Positions 1 through 10,000 of a stretch of DNA of 28,615 bases are shown one piece after another. The stretch is from a virus. Taxonomy: Duplodnaviria > Caudoviricetes. Position 1 is the stretch's first letter; every line of letters begins with the position of its first letter. Made by a program: the position numbers and the translations under genes. A model generated the notes under the pieces. The model saw only the letters and a list, made by a program, of their open reading frames with translations, was not told where the DNA came from and ran no database searches. Where the stretch lies: positions 1 through 28,615 of IMG/VR virus record IMGVR_UViG_3300032093_000643, one strand, 5' to 3'.

Positions 1-1
1 C

Positions 2-1567
2 TACAATGTTGCAAGATTCTATGAGAATAGCTTGTTTAGTAGGGACACTTGCACTCTGCTATATTTTAACTATAAGACAACCAAAAAGGTAGTCTATAAG
101 AGAAAGACAACCGATACCGGTTCTGTCAAGATGATACCAAAGGACGATACGTTCAATCCTCCGGCAGAGATGATGGAGGAGGGTAATTTCGAGAAGGTAG
201 AGAAGACCATTGACGTATGGTATGAAGGTGTTATGGTAATGGGTACTAACTACTTGATTAAATGGGAGATGGCCGAGAATATGGTCAGACCAAAGTCATC
301 AACACAACACGCAATGCCAATGTATGTGGCTTGCGCTCCAAGGATGTATAAGGGCGTTATTGAGTCATTAGTTAGAAGGATGATACCATTCGCTGACTTG
401 ATTCAAATCACCCACCTAAAGCTACAGCAAGTCATTAACAGAGTTGTGCCTGATGGTGTGTTTATTGACGCTGACGGTCTCAATGAAGTTGACCTAGGTA
501 CAGGTGCCGCATATAACCCTGAGGATGCACTAAGGCTCTACTTCCAAACAGGTAGTGTTATCGGTAGAAGCTTCACTCAGGATGGTGACTTCAATAATGC
601 TAGGGTGCCAATCACTCAGCTAACGTCAAACTCAGGAGCAGCGAAGACACAAATGCTCATCGCCAACTACCAGCATTATATGGACATGATTAGGACCGTA
701 ACAGGTCTTAATGAGGCGAGAGATGGGTCAACACCTGACCCGAACTCTTTGGTTGGTCTACAGAAGATGGCAGCGCTCAACTCAAACACAGCAACAAGAC
801 ATATCCTTGAGAGTGGTTTGTTTATCTACAGAAGACTAGCTGAAGCAATCACCTACAGGGTGTCTGACATCTTAGAGTACTCAGACTTTAAAGAGGACTT
901 TGCTATGAGGATTGGTAGGTATAACACCTCTATCCTAAATGACATCAAGGACTTGTACCTATATGATTTTGGTATATTCATTGAGGTCACTCCTGACGAA
1001 GAGCAGAAAGCACAACTTGAGGCCAATATACAGGTGGCATTATCGAAAGGGGACATCAACCTTGAGGATGCGATTGACATCAGAGAGCTTAAAAATCTCA
1101 AGCTAGCCAATCAGCTACTGAAGCTCAAGCGAGTTAAGAATGCTGAGAGAATGGAGCAAATGATGATGCAAAAGCAGGCGATGCAATCACAGCAGCAGTT
1201 GCAATCTCAGCAGATGGCAGCCGAGATGGCAGTACAAAAGATACAACTTGAAGCCCAGTCAAAGACAATGGTTATCCAGGCAGAGATAGAGGGACAAATG
1301 AAGAAGATGGAGTTTGAAGCAGGGATTAAGTCTAAGCTGATGGCAGAGGAGTTCCAATACAATATGAAGATGCACGAGATGCAGTCAAGTTTACTGACAA
1401 GTAGAGAAACTAAAAGAGAGGAGGAGAAGAATAAGCGTATAGGTATTCAGAACACTCAGCAGTCAAAACTGATCAATCAGAGAAAGAATAACCTACCTCC
1501 ACTTGACTTCGAAAGCAATGAAGATAGCTTAGATGGCTTTGATTTAGCAGAATTTAATCCAAGATAA
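2..1567 (+). CDS. Portal protein (5' truncated by the window edge)
   Basis: The frame is open from position 2 (YNVARFYENSL...), so the true start lies upstream. Motifs DVWYEG, MIPFADLIQITHLKLQQ, YFQTGSVIGRS and TGLNEARDG plus a Q/M-rich C-terminal coiled coil resemble portals of crAss-like/flavobacterial podoviruses. It lies upstream of the scaffold and capsid genes. Confidence 0.85.
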   Translation, partial: YNVARFYENSLFSRDTCTLLYFNYKTTKKVVYKRKTTDTGSVKMIPKDDTFNPPAEMMEEGNFEKVEKTIDVWYEGVMVMGTNYLIKWEMAENMVRPKSSTQHAMPMYVACAPRMYKGVIESLVRRMIPFADLIQITHLKLQQVINRVVPDGVFIDADGLNEVDLGTGAAYNPEDALRLYFQTGSVIGRSFTQDGDFNNARVPITQLTSNSGAAKTQMLIANYQHYMDMIRTVTGLNEARDGSTPDPNSLVGLQKMAALNSNTATRHILESGLFIYRRLAEAITYRVSDILEYSDFKEDFAMRIGRYNTSILNDIKDLYLYDFGIFIEVTPDEEQKAQLEANIQVALSKGDINLEDAIDIRELKNLKLANQLLKLKRVKNAERMEQMMMQKQAMQSQQQLQSQQMAAEMAVQKIQLEAQSKTMVIQAEIEGQMKKMEFEAGIKSKLMAEEFQYNMKMHEMQSSLLTSRETKREEEKNKRIGIQNTQQSKLINQRKNNLPPLDFESNEDSLDGFDLAEFNPR

Positions 1568-1589
1568 TACTACATAATAAATTTTTTTA

Positions 1590-1597
1590 TAAATTTG
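1590..1597 (+). promoter_or_regulatory. Bacteroidota-type -7 promoter element TAnnTTTG (TAAATTTG)
   Basis: Exact match to the Bacteroidota primary-sigma -7 consensus in the 52-bp gap between portal and scaffold, followed by an A-rich leader. No clear -33 TTTG at canonical spacing. Confidence 0.55.
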
Positions 1598-1619
1598 CAA
1601 ATAATTAAAATAAAATCAA

Positions 1620-2696
1620 ATGGAATTTAAAGCAGTAAGAGTATTAGACTCAACAGAACCCAAGAGTGTACAAGAGGTCGAAAAGGAACTTCTTGAGAAG
1701 CACGAGCAGTCATTATCGCAAGAAGTGCCGCAGGAAAACTTCTCTATGCCACAGCAGGAGGTTGAGTTAAGAGAAGAAGACGTTCTTTCATATATAGGTA
1801 AAAGATACAATAAGCAGATTAGCTCATTCGATGAATTGATGGCTGAGCGTAACAGCTCAGAGGAGATGCCAGAGGATGTCGCTGCTTATATGAAATATAG
1901 AAAAGACACAGGAAGAGGATTTGAAGACTTTCTCAAGTTGAAGAAAGATTTCGATTCTGTTCCGGAAGAACAGCTGCTCAAGGAGTACTTGTTATCTACA
2001 CAAGAGGGTCTTGACGAAGATGACGTTGAGATGATGTTGGATGAGTACAGGTATGACGAGGACCTTGATGACGAGTCTTATATTAAGAAGACAAAGATAT
2101 CAAGAAAGAAAGCTGTTAATGAGGCAAAGAAGTTTTTCAACTCTCAGAAGGAGATGTATAAAATGCCCCTTGAGTCAAGTACGGCAGGTATGTCTCAGGA
2201 AGAAAAAGAGGAGTTCAATGCTTATCGTCAATATATGCAACAGGCTAAGACGATCGAGGAGGAAAATAATCGTAAGCGTCAATGGTTTGAACAAAAAACC
2301 AATGAGGTATTTGATGGTAATTTCAAAGGTTTTGAATTTAGCGTCAATAACAAAAAGCTTAATTTTAATCCTGGGGATGCTAATGAGCTTAAAAAGTTAC
2401 ACTCAAATCCATCAAGCTTTATCGGTAAGTTTATCGATGAGAGTGGTTTGATTAAGGATGCAGGTGGATACCATAAGGCTTTGGCTGTTGCAATGAACCC
2501 TGAGAGGTTTGCCAAGTTCTTCTATGAGCAAGGTATGACTGATGCAGTAGATGACTTTATGCGTAAGACTAAAAATGTAAATATGTCTGAGCGTAGGGCA
2601 AATGAGACAACGAAGGGGAATGATGGGTTTCAGGTTAAAGCGGTTAATCCTGACCATGGAAAAAGCTTAAAAATCCGCAGCATAAAAAAATTGTAG
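1620..2696 (+). CDS. Putative capsid scaffolding/assembly protein
   Basis: 358 aa, very acidic and helical, with a basic C-terminal tip (KSLKIRSIKKL). Located between portal and major capsid genes. Confidence 0.65.
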   Translation: MEFKAVRVLDSTEPKSVQEVEKELLEKHEQSLSQEVPQENFSMPQQEVELREEDVLSYIGKRYNKQISSFDELMAERNSSEEMPEDVAAYMKYRKDTGRGFEDFLKLKKDFDSVPEEQLLKEYLLSTQEGLDEDDVEMMLDEYRYDEDLDDESYIKKTKISRKKAVNEAKKFFNSQKEMYKMPLESSTAGMSQEEKEEFNAYRQYMQQAKTIEEENNRKRQWFEQKTNEVFDGNFKGFEFSVNNKKLNFNPGDANELKKLHSNPSSFIGKFIDESGLIKDAGGYHKALAVAMNPERFAKFFYEQGMTDAVDDFMRKTKNVNMSERRANETTKGNDGFQVKAVNPDHGKSLKIRSIKKL

Positions 2697-2716
2697 ACAA
2701 ATTAAAAATTTAAAAA

Positions 2717-4186
2717 ATGCCAGGTTCAATATTACCAAATCCTACGTTTCGCTTACAACCAGCAGCGGAGCAATTGGCTTTACAACAAAATTACATTACC
2801 GACTTTGAGTTCTTGAATCAGTATCTTCCTGATACTTATGAGAAGGAATTTGAGCGTTATGGTAACAGAACAATTGCATCATTCTTGCGCCTTGTAGGTG
2901 CTGAGATGCCTTCAAACTCTGACCAAGTAAAATGGGCTGAGCAGGGTCGTTTGCACATCAAGTATACTAACTGTACAGCTACAGCAGTAAGTACAACTAC
3001 ATCTACTTTTTCAGTAGCTGCTGTAGCAGGTGATCCTGCTTCTGTAGCTATTAGAGTTGGACAGACTGTATTTATTCAGATAGATACAAGTGCCACGCCT
3101 ACTAATGTTGGTAAATCCTACAAAGCTATCGTTACAGCTGTTACTCAAACAGGTAGCCCAACTGTAGCTGGTACTTTCGCTGTAGCTTACTATAACGATC
3201 CATCAACTGTTACAATTGCAGCTACTGATGTTTGTACTGTATTCATTTATGGTTCTGAGTTCAGAAAAGGAACAACAGGCATGGTAGGTTCTCTTGATGC
3301 TGAAGATGTAATTTTCTCTAACAAGCCAATCATCCTAAAAGACCGTTACGCTGTAAATGGTTCTGATATGGCTCAGATTGGATGGGTTGAAGTAACAACT
3401 GAGAACGGTGCTACTGGTTACCTTTGGTACTTGAAGTCAGAACACGAAACTCGCCTTCGCTTTGAGGACTACCTTGAAACATCTATGATTGAAGCTGTAC
3501 CTGCATTTGCAGGATCTGGGGCTGCTGGTGTTTTAGGAGCAAACTCAGGGTCTGAGGGTATCTTTTATGTTGTAAACCAACGCGGTAACGTATGGGGTGG
3601 TGGTACGCCAACATCTCTTGCTGATTGGGATTCAATCGTACAACGTCTTGACAGACAAGGAGCTATTGAGGAGAATGTATTGTTTGTAAATCGTCAATTG
3701 AGCTTTGACATTGACGGTATGCTTGCAGGTCTTAACGGTGCAAGTACTGTAGTTGGCGCTCCTTCTTATGGTGCTTCTTACGGTCTATTTGACAATGACG
3801 TAACTATGGCTTTAAATCTTGGCTTCTCAGGTTTCAGACGTGGTTATGACTTCTACAAATCAGATTGGAAGTACTTGAACGATCCAACTATGCGTGGCGG
3901 TCTTTCTACAAATGCTGCTGCCTTTGGTACAGTTACAGGGCTTTTGGTTCCTGCCGGTTCAACTTCTGTTTACGACCAGATTATGGGCAAAAACGCTAAG
4001 CGTCCATTCCTTCACGTTCGCTATCGTGCAACTGAGTCTGAGGATCGTAGATATAAGACTTGGATTACAGGGTCTGCTGGTGGTGCTGCTACTAGCGACT
4101 TGGATGCAATGGAAGTAAACTTCCTTTCTGAGCGTTGTGTTTGTACCCTTGGTGCTAACAACTTCGTTTTGTTTAGATATGGTTAA
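2717..4186 (+). CDS. Major capsid protein
   Basis: 489 aa. Motifs EKEFERYGNRT, WAEQGRLH, GYLWYLKSE, LNLGFSGFRRGYDF and FLHVRYR resemble crAss-like/flavobacterial podovirus capsids. Codon usage is high-expression-like (GCT/GGT/CGT/ACT), with a double stop and a downstream terminator. Confidence 0.88.
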   Translation: MPGSILPNPTFRLQPAAEQLALQQNYITDFEFLNQYLPDTYEKEFERYGNRTIASFLRLVGAEMPSNSDQVKWAEQGRLHIKYTNCTATAVSTTTSTFSVAAVAGDPASVAIRVGQTVFIQIDTSATPTNVGKSYKAIVTAVTQTGSPTVAGTFAVAYYNDPSTVTIAATDVCTVFIYGSEFRKGTTGMVGSLDAEDVIFSNKPIILKDRYAVNGSDMAQIGWVEVTTENGATGYLWYLKSEHETRLRFEDYLETSMIEAVPAFAGSGAAGVLGANSGSEGIFYVVNQRGNVWGGGTPTSLADWDSIVQRLDRQGAIEENVLFVNRQLSFDIDGMLAGLNGASTVVGAPSYGASYGLFDNDVTMALNLGFSGFRRGYDFYKSDWKYLNDPTMRGGLSTNAAAFGTVTGLLVPAGSTSVYDQIMGKNAKRPFLHVRYRATESEDRRYKTWITGSAGGAATSDLDAMEVNFLSERCVCTLGANNFVLFRYG

Positions 4187-4199
4187 TAAGGTGAATAAT

Positions 4200-4231
4200 G
4201 GGGAGTGTCTTATGGCACTCTCCTTTTTTTT
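4200..4231 (+). terminator. Rho-independent terminator after the major capsid gene
   Basis: GGGGAGTGTC-TTAT-GGCACTCTCC forms a 10-bp stem (2 G-U pairs), followed by 8 T. Confidence 0.85.
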
Positions 4232-4252
4232 AAATTAAATCAAATTAAATAT

Positions 4253-5005
4253 ATGTCTGAGTTAAAGAAAATGGTACCTACTGATAAGGTATATAGATTA
4301 AAAGGCGATTCATCCCCATTGTCATACACGTTAGCATCAAGAAATCATCCAAGGTTCCCTTTGATGTGGTATGATGAGAAGAACAATGTAAACAGAGCGC
4401 TAAGATATGCATCAAACCAAAAGTCACCATTTGAGGATGAGCAAGATGGGAACGCAATTTTAGAGCCTATTATTTTTCAAGATGGGATGTTAGCTGTTCC
4501 TAAATCAAATCCTGTTCTTCAGGCATTTATGCATTACCATCCAATGAATAACAGAATATTCGAAGAGGTAGATAAAGAAAAAGAGGCATTTGAAGAAGTT
4601 GAAGACTTAAATATTGAGGTAGATGCATTGATTGCCGCTAGAAATTTAAGCATAGAGAAGCTTGAGATTATGACAAGGGTACTATTCGGTAAAGACCCAT
4701 CGGTTATCTCAACAGCAGAACTAAAAAGAGATATGCTTATTTTTGCCAAGACTAATCCTAGAGATTTTATGCAAACCATAAATGACCCTGAGTTAAACTA
4801 CCAAGGCAAGATTATGCTATTCTTTGAAAAGAGACTATTAGCTCTCCGTAATAATGACAGAGAGATTTGGTTTAGTACACCATCCAACAAAAAGAAAATG
4901 TGTTCAATACCATTCGGTGCTGACCCATATGATTTTGCTGGACAGTTCTTACAAAGTGACGAAGGTCTTGATGCGCTAAAGATGTTAGAGACATACTTAT
5001 CGTAG
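4253..5005 (+). CDS. Conserved head-module protein downstream of the capsid gene (function unknown)
   Basis: Start reassigned from GTG 4205, which is inside the terminator, to ATG 4253 with an A-rich leader, giving 250 aa. The RALRYASNQKSPFEDEQ motif and its position are typical of this phage group. Confidence 0.7.
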   Translation: MSELKKMVPTDKVYRLKGDSSPLSYTLASRNHPRFPLMWYDEKNNVNRALRYASNQKSPFEDEQDGNAILEPIIFQDGMLAVPKSNPVLQAFMHYHPMNNRIFEEVDKEKEAFEEVEDLNIEVDALIAARNLSIEKLEIMTRVLFGKDPSVISTAELKRDMLIFAKTNPRDFMQTINDPELNYQGKIMLFFEKRLLALRNNDREIWFSTPSNKKKMCSIPFGADPYDFAGQFLQSDEGLDALKMLETYLS

Positions 5006-5036
5006 TCAAGTGAAAATATTTTAGAGTTATAGTAAG

Positions 5037-5067
5037 AGAGGGTGTAAATATATGCCCTCTTTTTTTT
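5037..5067 (+). terminator. Rho-independent terminator
   Basis: AGAGGGTGTA-AATA-TATGCCCTCT forms a 10-bp stem (2 G-U pairs), followed by 7 T. Confidence 0.8.
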
Positions 5068-5074
5068 ACATTTG
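5067..5074 (+). promoter_or_regulatory. Bacteroidota-type -7 promoter element (TACATTTG) inside a 22-bp inverted repeat
   Basis: TAnnTTTG match immediately after the terminator and 14 nt before ATG 5089, centred in TTTTTTTACA-TT-TGTAAAAAAA (5061-5082). Confidence 0.55.
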
Positions 5075-5088
5075 TAAAAAAATAGAGA

Positions 5089-6051
5089 ATGATCAACTCA
5101 GTAAGAAATACAGTGCAGTCTGTTCTGAACAAGAACAACTATGGGTACATCTCACCGGCTGACTTCAACCTGTATGCATTGCAAGCTCAGATGGAGATAT
5201 TTGAGGATTACTTTGCCGCATACAACAAGGTTATAAATATGGAGAATGGGCGCATGGCAGGCACTGACTATGCAGACTTAGAGCAACCTATAGCAGAGCT
5301 GCTAGAGACGTTTATTGCTACTGAGTTCCTTGTACCAAGCCCTGCGGCATCAGGTTACATAGGTAATAATTTCTTTGCTCCATCGCTAACAACAACAGGG
5401 TCAGATTACTACTTGATAAATAGAGTCAACTGCTACACTACTGTGTTGGCATCAGGAACAAACACAGGTACACTTCCTGCGTTCCAATTGATTGATGCTA
5501 CTGCGAACTTTGTAACGGCAGGCGTATCTGTTGGTGACGTAGTTGTCAATACTACGCTCTATGAGGGCGCATTTGTAACAGGTGTATCGGCTACAGCCCT
5601 TGATATAACAGATAATATCTTTACAGCTATAGGTCAAGATTATAAGGTATACAAGGCATCAGCAATCAGCGAGGCTGAGAAGGTGACAATGGGTAAAATA
5701 CTTATGTTAAACCAGTCATTGCTCACCGCTCCATCTACTCAGTACCCTGCTTATACACTGGCAAATAGTAATATTCTCACTGTGTATCCAGTTAGCGTGT
5801 CAGGCTACGGTGCTGTACAAGCGGTCTACTTTAGATACCCTACGCCACCAAAGTGGACATATATCTCACTCGCTAGTGGTGAGCCTGTTTTTGATCAAAC
5901 GCAGCCTGACTACCAAGACTTTGAGCTACCACTTGAGGATGAGTACAAGCTTGCAATGAAAATATTACAGTACTGCGGCATTAGCATTAGAGAGACTGAG
6001 GTGGCTCAATTTGCTATGTCTCAAGAGCAACAACAATCAGCAAATTCATAA
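5089..6051 (+). CDS. Head-tail ring/adaptor protein
   Basis: 320 aa. N-terminal NKNNYGYISPADFN and C-terminal YFRYPTPPKW...QDFELP motifs resemble crAss-like ring proteins. Carries a central beta-rich insertion (LIDATANFVTAGVSVGDVVVN). Confidence 0.65.
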   Translation: MINSVRNTVQSVLNKNNYGYISPADFNLYALQAQMEIFEDYFAAYNKVINMENGRMAGTDYADLEQPIAELLETFIATEFLVPSPAASGYIGNNFFAPSLTTTGSDYYLINRVNCYTTVLASGTNTGTLPAFQLIDATANFVTAGVSVGDVVVNTTLYEGAFVTGVSATALDITDNIFTAIGQDYKVYKASAISEAEKVTMGKILMLNQSLLTAPSTQYPAYTLANSNILTVYPVSVSGYGAVQAVYFRYPTPPKWTYISLASGEPVFDQTQPDYQDFELPLEDEYKLAMKILQYCGISIRETEVAQFAMSQEQQQSANS

Positions 6052-6054
6052 CAG

Positions 6055-7029
6055 ATGGCATATATATCAAATTTTCAGTACTATACCAACAATGGCAATA
6101 ATCCAACGGATGCCAATTGGGGGTCGTATCAGTATGTTAGCCTATTTGACATCGTCAATAATTTTCAGTTGATGTACACCGGCAATCACTCATTGGTTAA
6201 TAATGAGGAGCGTTATAAGATATTGTTCCACGCAAAGAGAGCCATCCAGGAGTTGAACTACGATGCGTTCAAGGAGATTAAAGTCCTTGAGCTTAGCGTC
6301 TGCGATCAACTACGCTATGTGCTGCCGCATGACTTTGTCAACTGGGTGCGCATCTCGCTTTATGCGAACGGAACTTTGTTGCCTCTTTCTGAGAATATAC
6401 AAACACTATCATCAAAAGCATATTTGCAGGACCACAACTGCAATATTTTGTTTGATCAAAATGGTAACATCTTGGAGCCGCAGTACTCCAACATTGACTA
6501 CGATCGAATCAAAGGAACCAAGAAGAGTATCTACCTTAATCATGGCCATCAGTTTCACGGACATGAGGGATATTGCTGTGACGGTAATTGGTATTTCGAG
6601 CATAGTATAGGTGCTAGATTTGGTCTCAATACAGAGACAGCTAATCGTAACCCTACGTTTAATATTGACAAGAAAGCTGGGGTGATAAACTTTGACAGCG
6701 CAATCTTGGGTTATAACCACTACAATAATAATAACGACCCAAATCACCCTCATAATCTATCTGCAACAGTTATTCTTGAGTATGTGTCTGATGGTATGGA
6801 GAATGGTGACAACTCAGCTATCTCAGTAAACAAATTATTTGAGCAGTATGTGTATGCCTATATCAGATATGAGATACTAAATGCAAAGCTTGGGGTACAG
6901 GAGTACATTGTGGCTAGAGCTAGAAAGGAGAAGCAGGCGCTTTTAAGAAATGCAAAAATAAGAATTAGCAACATTCATCCAGGAAGGCTCTTAATGAATA
7001 TGAGAGGAATGGATAAGATAATCAAATAA
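6055..7029 (+). CDS. Tail ring/tubular protein (P22 gp4-like position)
   Basis: 324 aa. Motifs YQYVSL, FHAKRAIQELNYD, LPHDFVNWVRIS, ILEYVSDG and RNAKIRISN. Lies directly upstream of the tail stabilisation gene. Confidence 0.65.
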   Translation: MAYISNFQYYTNNGNNPTDANWGSYQYVSLFDIVNNFQLMYTGNHSLVNNEERYKILFHAKRAIQELNYDAFKEIKVLELSVCDQLRYVLPHDFVNWVRISLYANGTLLPLSENIQTLSSKAYLQDHNCNILFDQNGNILEPQYSNIDYDRIKGTKKSIYLNHGHQFHGHEGYCCDGNWYFEHSIGARFGLNTETANRNPTFNIDKKAGVINFDSAILGYNHYNNNNDPNHPHNLSATVILEYVSDGMENGDNSAISVNKLFEQYVYAYIRYEILNAKLGVQEYIVARARKEKQALLRNAKIRISNIHPGRLLMNMRGMDKIIK

Positions 7030-7031
7030 CA

Positions 7032-10000
7032 ATGGCGAATTTTACAAGGAACTTTATTGCCGGTAGAATGAATAAGACATTCGATGAGCGAGTAGTCCCT
7101 GATGGGGAGTACATTGACGCTATGAATGTTAGGATGGGATCGACAGAGAAGTCGGAGGCAGGAGTCATTGAGAATACGAATGGTAACTTGCCATTGACTG
7201 CATTGACCTATATTGACGGTACGCCATTGAGTACTGATGCAAGATGTATAGGGGCTATAAATGACAGCGCAAGAGAGACTTTGTATTGGTTTGTTCATGA
7301 CCCAAATTCTAAAACTTCTCCAACTGGAAAGCTTGACCTTGTTGTTTCTTTTAATATGGTATCTCAGGTATTGACATACCATATTGTTAGCGTGAATGAT
7401 GGAGGTGTAGTAAATACTACATTGAATTTCAATCCTGACTATTTGATTACAGGGGTTGACATTGTTGAGGATTTATTATTTTGGACTGATGACTATAATC
7501 AGCCTAGATTTATCAATATCAATAGGGGCTACGCTAATCCTGACGCTTTAGGCGTTGACTATAACGGTCAGCCTGACCTGCTTGCAGAGACGATCCTTGT
7601 TATTAAGAAGCCACCTACCGAAGCCCCAACGATAGAACTTATTGAGGTAGATGGTCAAGAGAATTATCTAGAGGATAGGTTTTTATGCTTTGCTTATAGG
7701 TATAAATATGTCGATGGAGAATATACAGCTACGTCACAATGGTCTGAGATTGCATTTGAGCCAAGTTCTTTTCAGTTTAGTACAAATAGTTTCCTTAATC
7801 AGGGAATGGAGAATAAGTACAATGCTGTTAATGTAAGCTTTAATACAGGTGGCCCATTAGTGGTTGGTATTGATTTATTATATAAGGATGCAACAGGAAA
7901 TATAATAAAAGTAATCGAACGATTTGACAAGCAGAATGCTGGATGGACAGATAATACCATTCAAACATATCTATTCGTAAATAACAAAATATTTACTATT
8001 CTTCCAGAGTCTGAGTTGTTGAGGCTTTATGATAATGTCCCAAGACTTGCTAAGGCTCAAACAATTATGGGCAATAGGTTGATGTATGGAAATTACGTTG
8101 ATGGATACGACATAGTTGATAGCAATGGTCAGGATGTAAGATTTGATTACACTACTGAGTTAGTATCTCAGTTTATTGGAACCAATGATATACCATCTAG
8201 TACTAGCGATAGCTCTTTACCTCTTTCAAACACTGCTTTTAATCCTTGTTCTCCCCCTTGTACTAGACCCAATACTCAACTAGACATAGACCTTACAGGG
8301 ATACCACTATTACAAGGTAGGATATTAGCTTTTGACATAACCTTTAACACTTTTTCTACTTTAGGTTATGACGTAAGTTGCAGTTTTACTTTTACTCTTC
8401 CGGTAAATTATAGCTCACCTTATCAATTAGCAACAAGTATAGAGTTTCAGCAAGCAATAGGGACAGCAGCAAATATAAAGCCTATATATAATCCAATTCC
8501 TGGAGGTGACGATTCTTGTGATGGATTAACATTTACTGATATATATAATTGTGCTTGGCCTCAGTTCTTGTCACTGTTTGCATATAATGGCATTAAATAC
8601 GAGAGTGGAATCACAGCAAATGGACAGCCGATAGCAATAACAGCCTCTCCTAGTAGCAATATTATTTCTTTACAGTTTTTGGCTATCCTATATTATGACT
8701 ACACTCAAACACCTCCGTATGATATAGTAGGTTTATTTGGCAATATTAAAAATGCTAGCGTTCAATTGCAGGATTTATCAAGCCAAAAAAGCTTGCATAG
8801 TAATAGAGATTATGAGATTGGGATTGTTTATATGGATGAGTTTGGCAGATCAACTTTAACAAATGTAAGTTCATTAAATACTGTTCATATTCCATGTAGT
8901 TACTCATCTCTTGTAAACTCAATCACAGTAACAATCCCAACGACACAAGTTGCTCCTTATTGGGCTAAAAGATATAAGTTTGTATGTAAGGCAAATCAAG
9001 CAGGATACGAGACTATTTACTCAAGTATATTTTTTACCAATAGCTCTACTCAAGAGACATACTTCTTACTTCAAGGAGAAAACCCAAGAAAAGTAGAGGA
9101 GGGAGATAGGTTAACTGTAAAGGCAGATAGTGAAGGTCCGATGCAAACTTGTGTTTTTGCAACCGTATTAGAGAAGGAGGCAAAGCAATCTGGGTTTGAC
9201 CCTTTGATTACACCAACACCCCCTGCTGGTGTCTATATGAAAATAAAGGCTAATGGCTTCTCTGTGAATCCATTGTCATACTCTACAATAGAATTCGGTA
9301 CACTTACTGCGGTTAGTTCTACTTCTGGAACGTCACCTATATTGGCATACCCAATGAGCTTAGAAGACCCATCAAACCCAGGATTTTATATACCCTATTC
9401 AGTTGATGCAGGAACTGTTATTGTATTTGATATAAGATTCGAGAGAACAGGCTTTGGGGGTAATGCTTGCGAAAAGAGGATATATACATTAAAAAAGACT
9501 TATGTGTCTTCCTCTAATTATGCAAATATGCAGGATTGGTTTATAAATGACAATATTGCAAGTACTTTAAATGATGGGGATCAAGAAGTTGGAGGAGGTG
9601 CTTGCCCTGTAAATAATGTTTTTATACCTACTAATGGGACAATCACATCAGGTCAGTTATGTGATAATTATTGGCGATTTTATCTGCATCCAATAACTGG
9701 GGCTTTAGAATTATATATGTCAGGGACTTGGGCTTGTGGCTCAACTCAAAAAAGAAAATCAAGAGTAATTGCAAATATTATTGTCTTTAGAACAGCGGAG
9801 TCAATTATATTTGAAACTCAACCAATTGACACGCTACCTGATGTATTTTTCGAAAATGAATTATCATTTCCGATTGATGCAAATGGCAATCACTTGTCAA
9901 ATGGTGCCCCTGGAGACCAATCTCAAGATATAAGCTTAGGTGTCCCTGCAATAATCCAAACAGGGTTCTTTAACTGCTTTGCATTTGGTAATGGTGCCGA

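Noticed and set aside
2041-2451. 136-aa +1-frame ORF inside the scaffold gene (likewise 3894-4118, 6263-6610, 12950-13177, 14384-14599)
   Set aside because: These look like shadows of biased codon usage. They have no recognisable motif or convincing leader, unlike the 21604 ORF.
2690-2720. Read-through or frameshift fusion of scaffold to capsid, or a capsid C-terminal extension
   Set aside because: An in-frame TAA follows the scaffold TAG within three codons and the capsid is in another frame. The capsid ends in TAA TAA followed by a terminator.
4205-4252. GTG start at 4205 given in the ORF track
   Set aside because: It lies within the capsid terminator hairpin. ATG 4253 has the typical A-rich leader.
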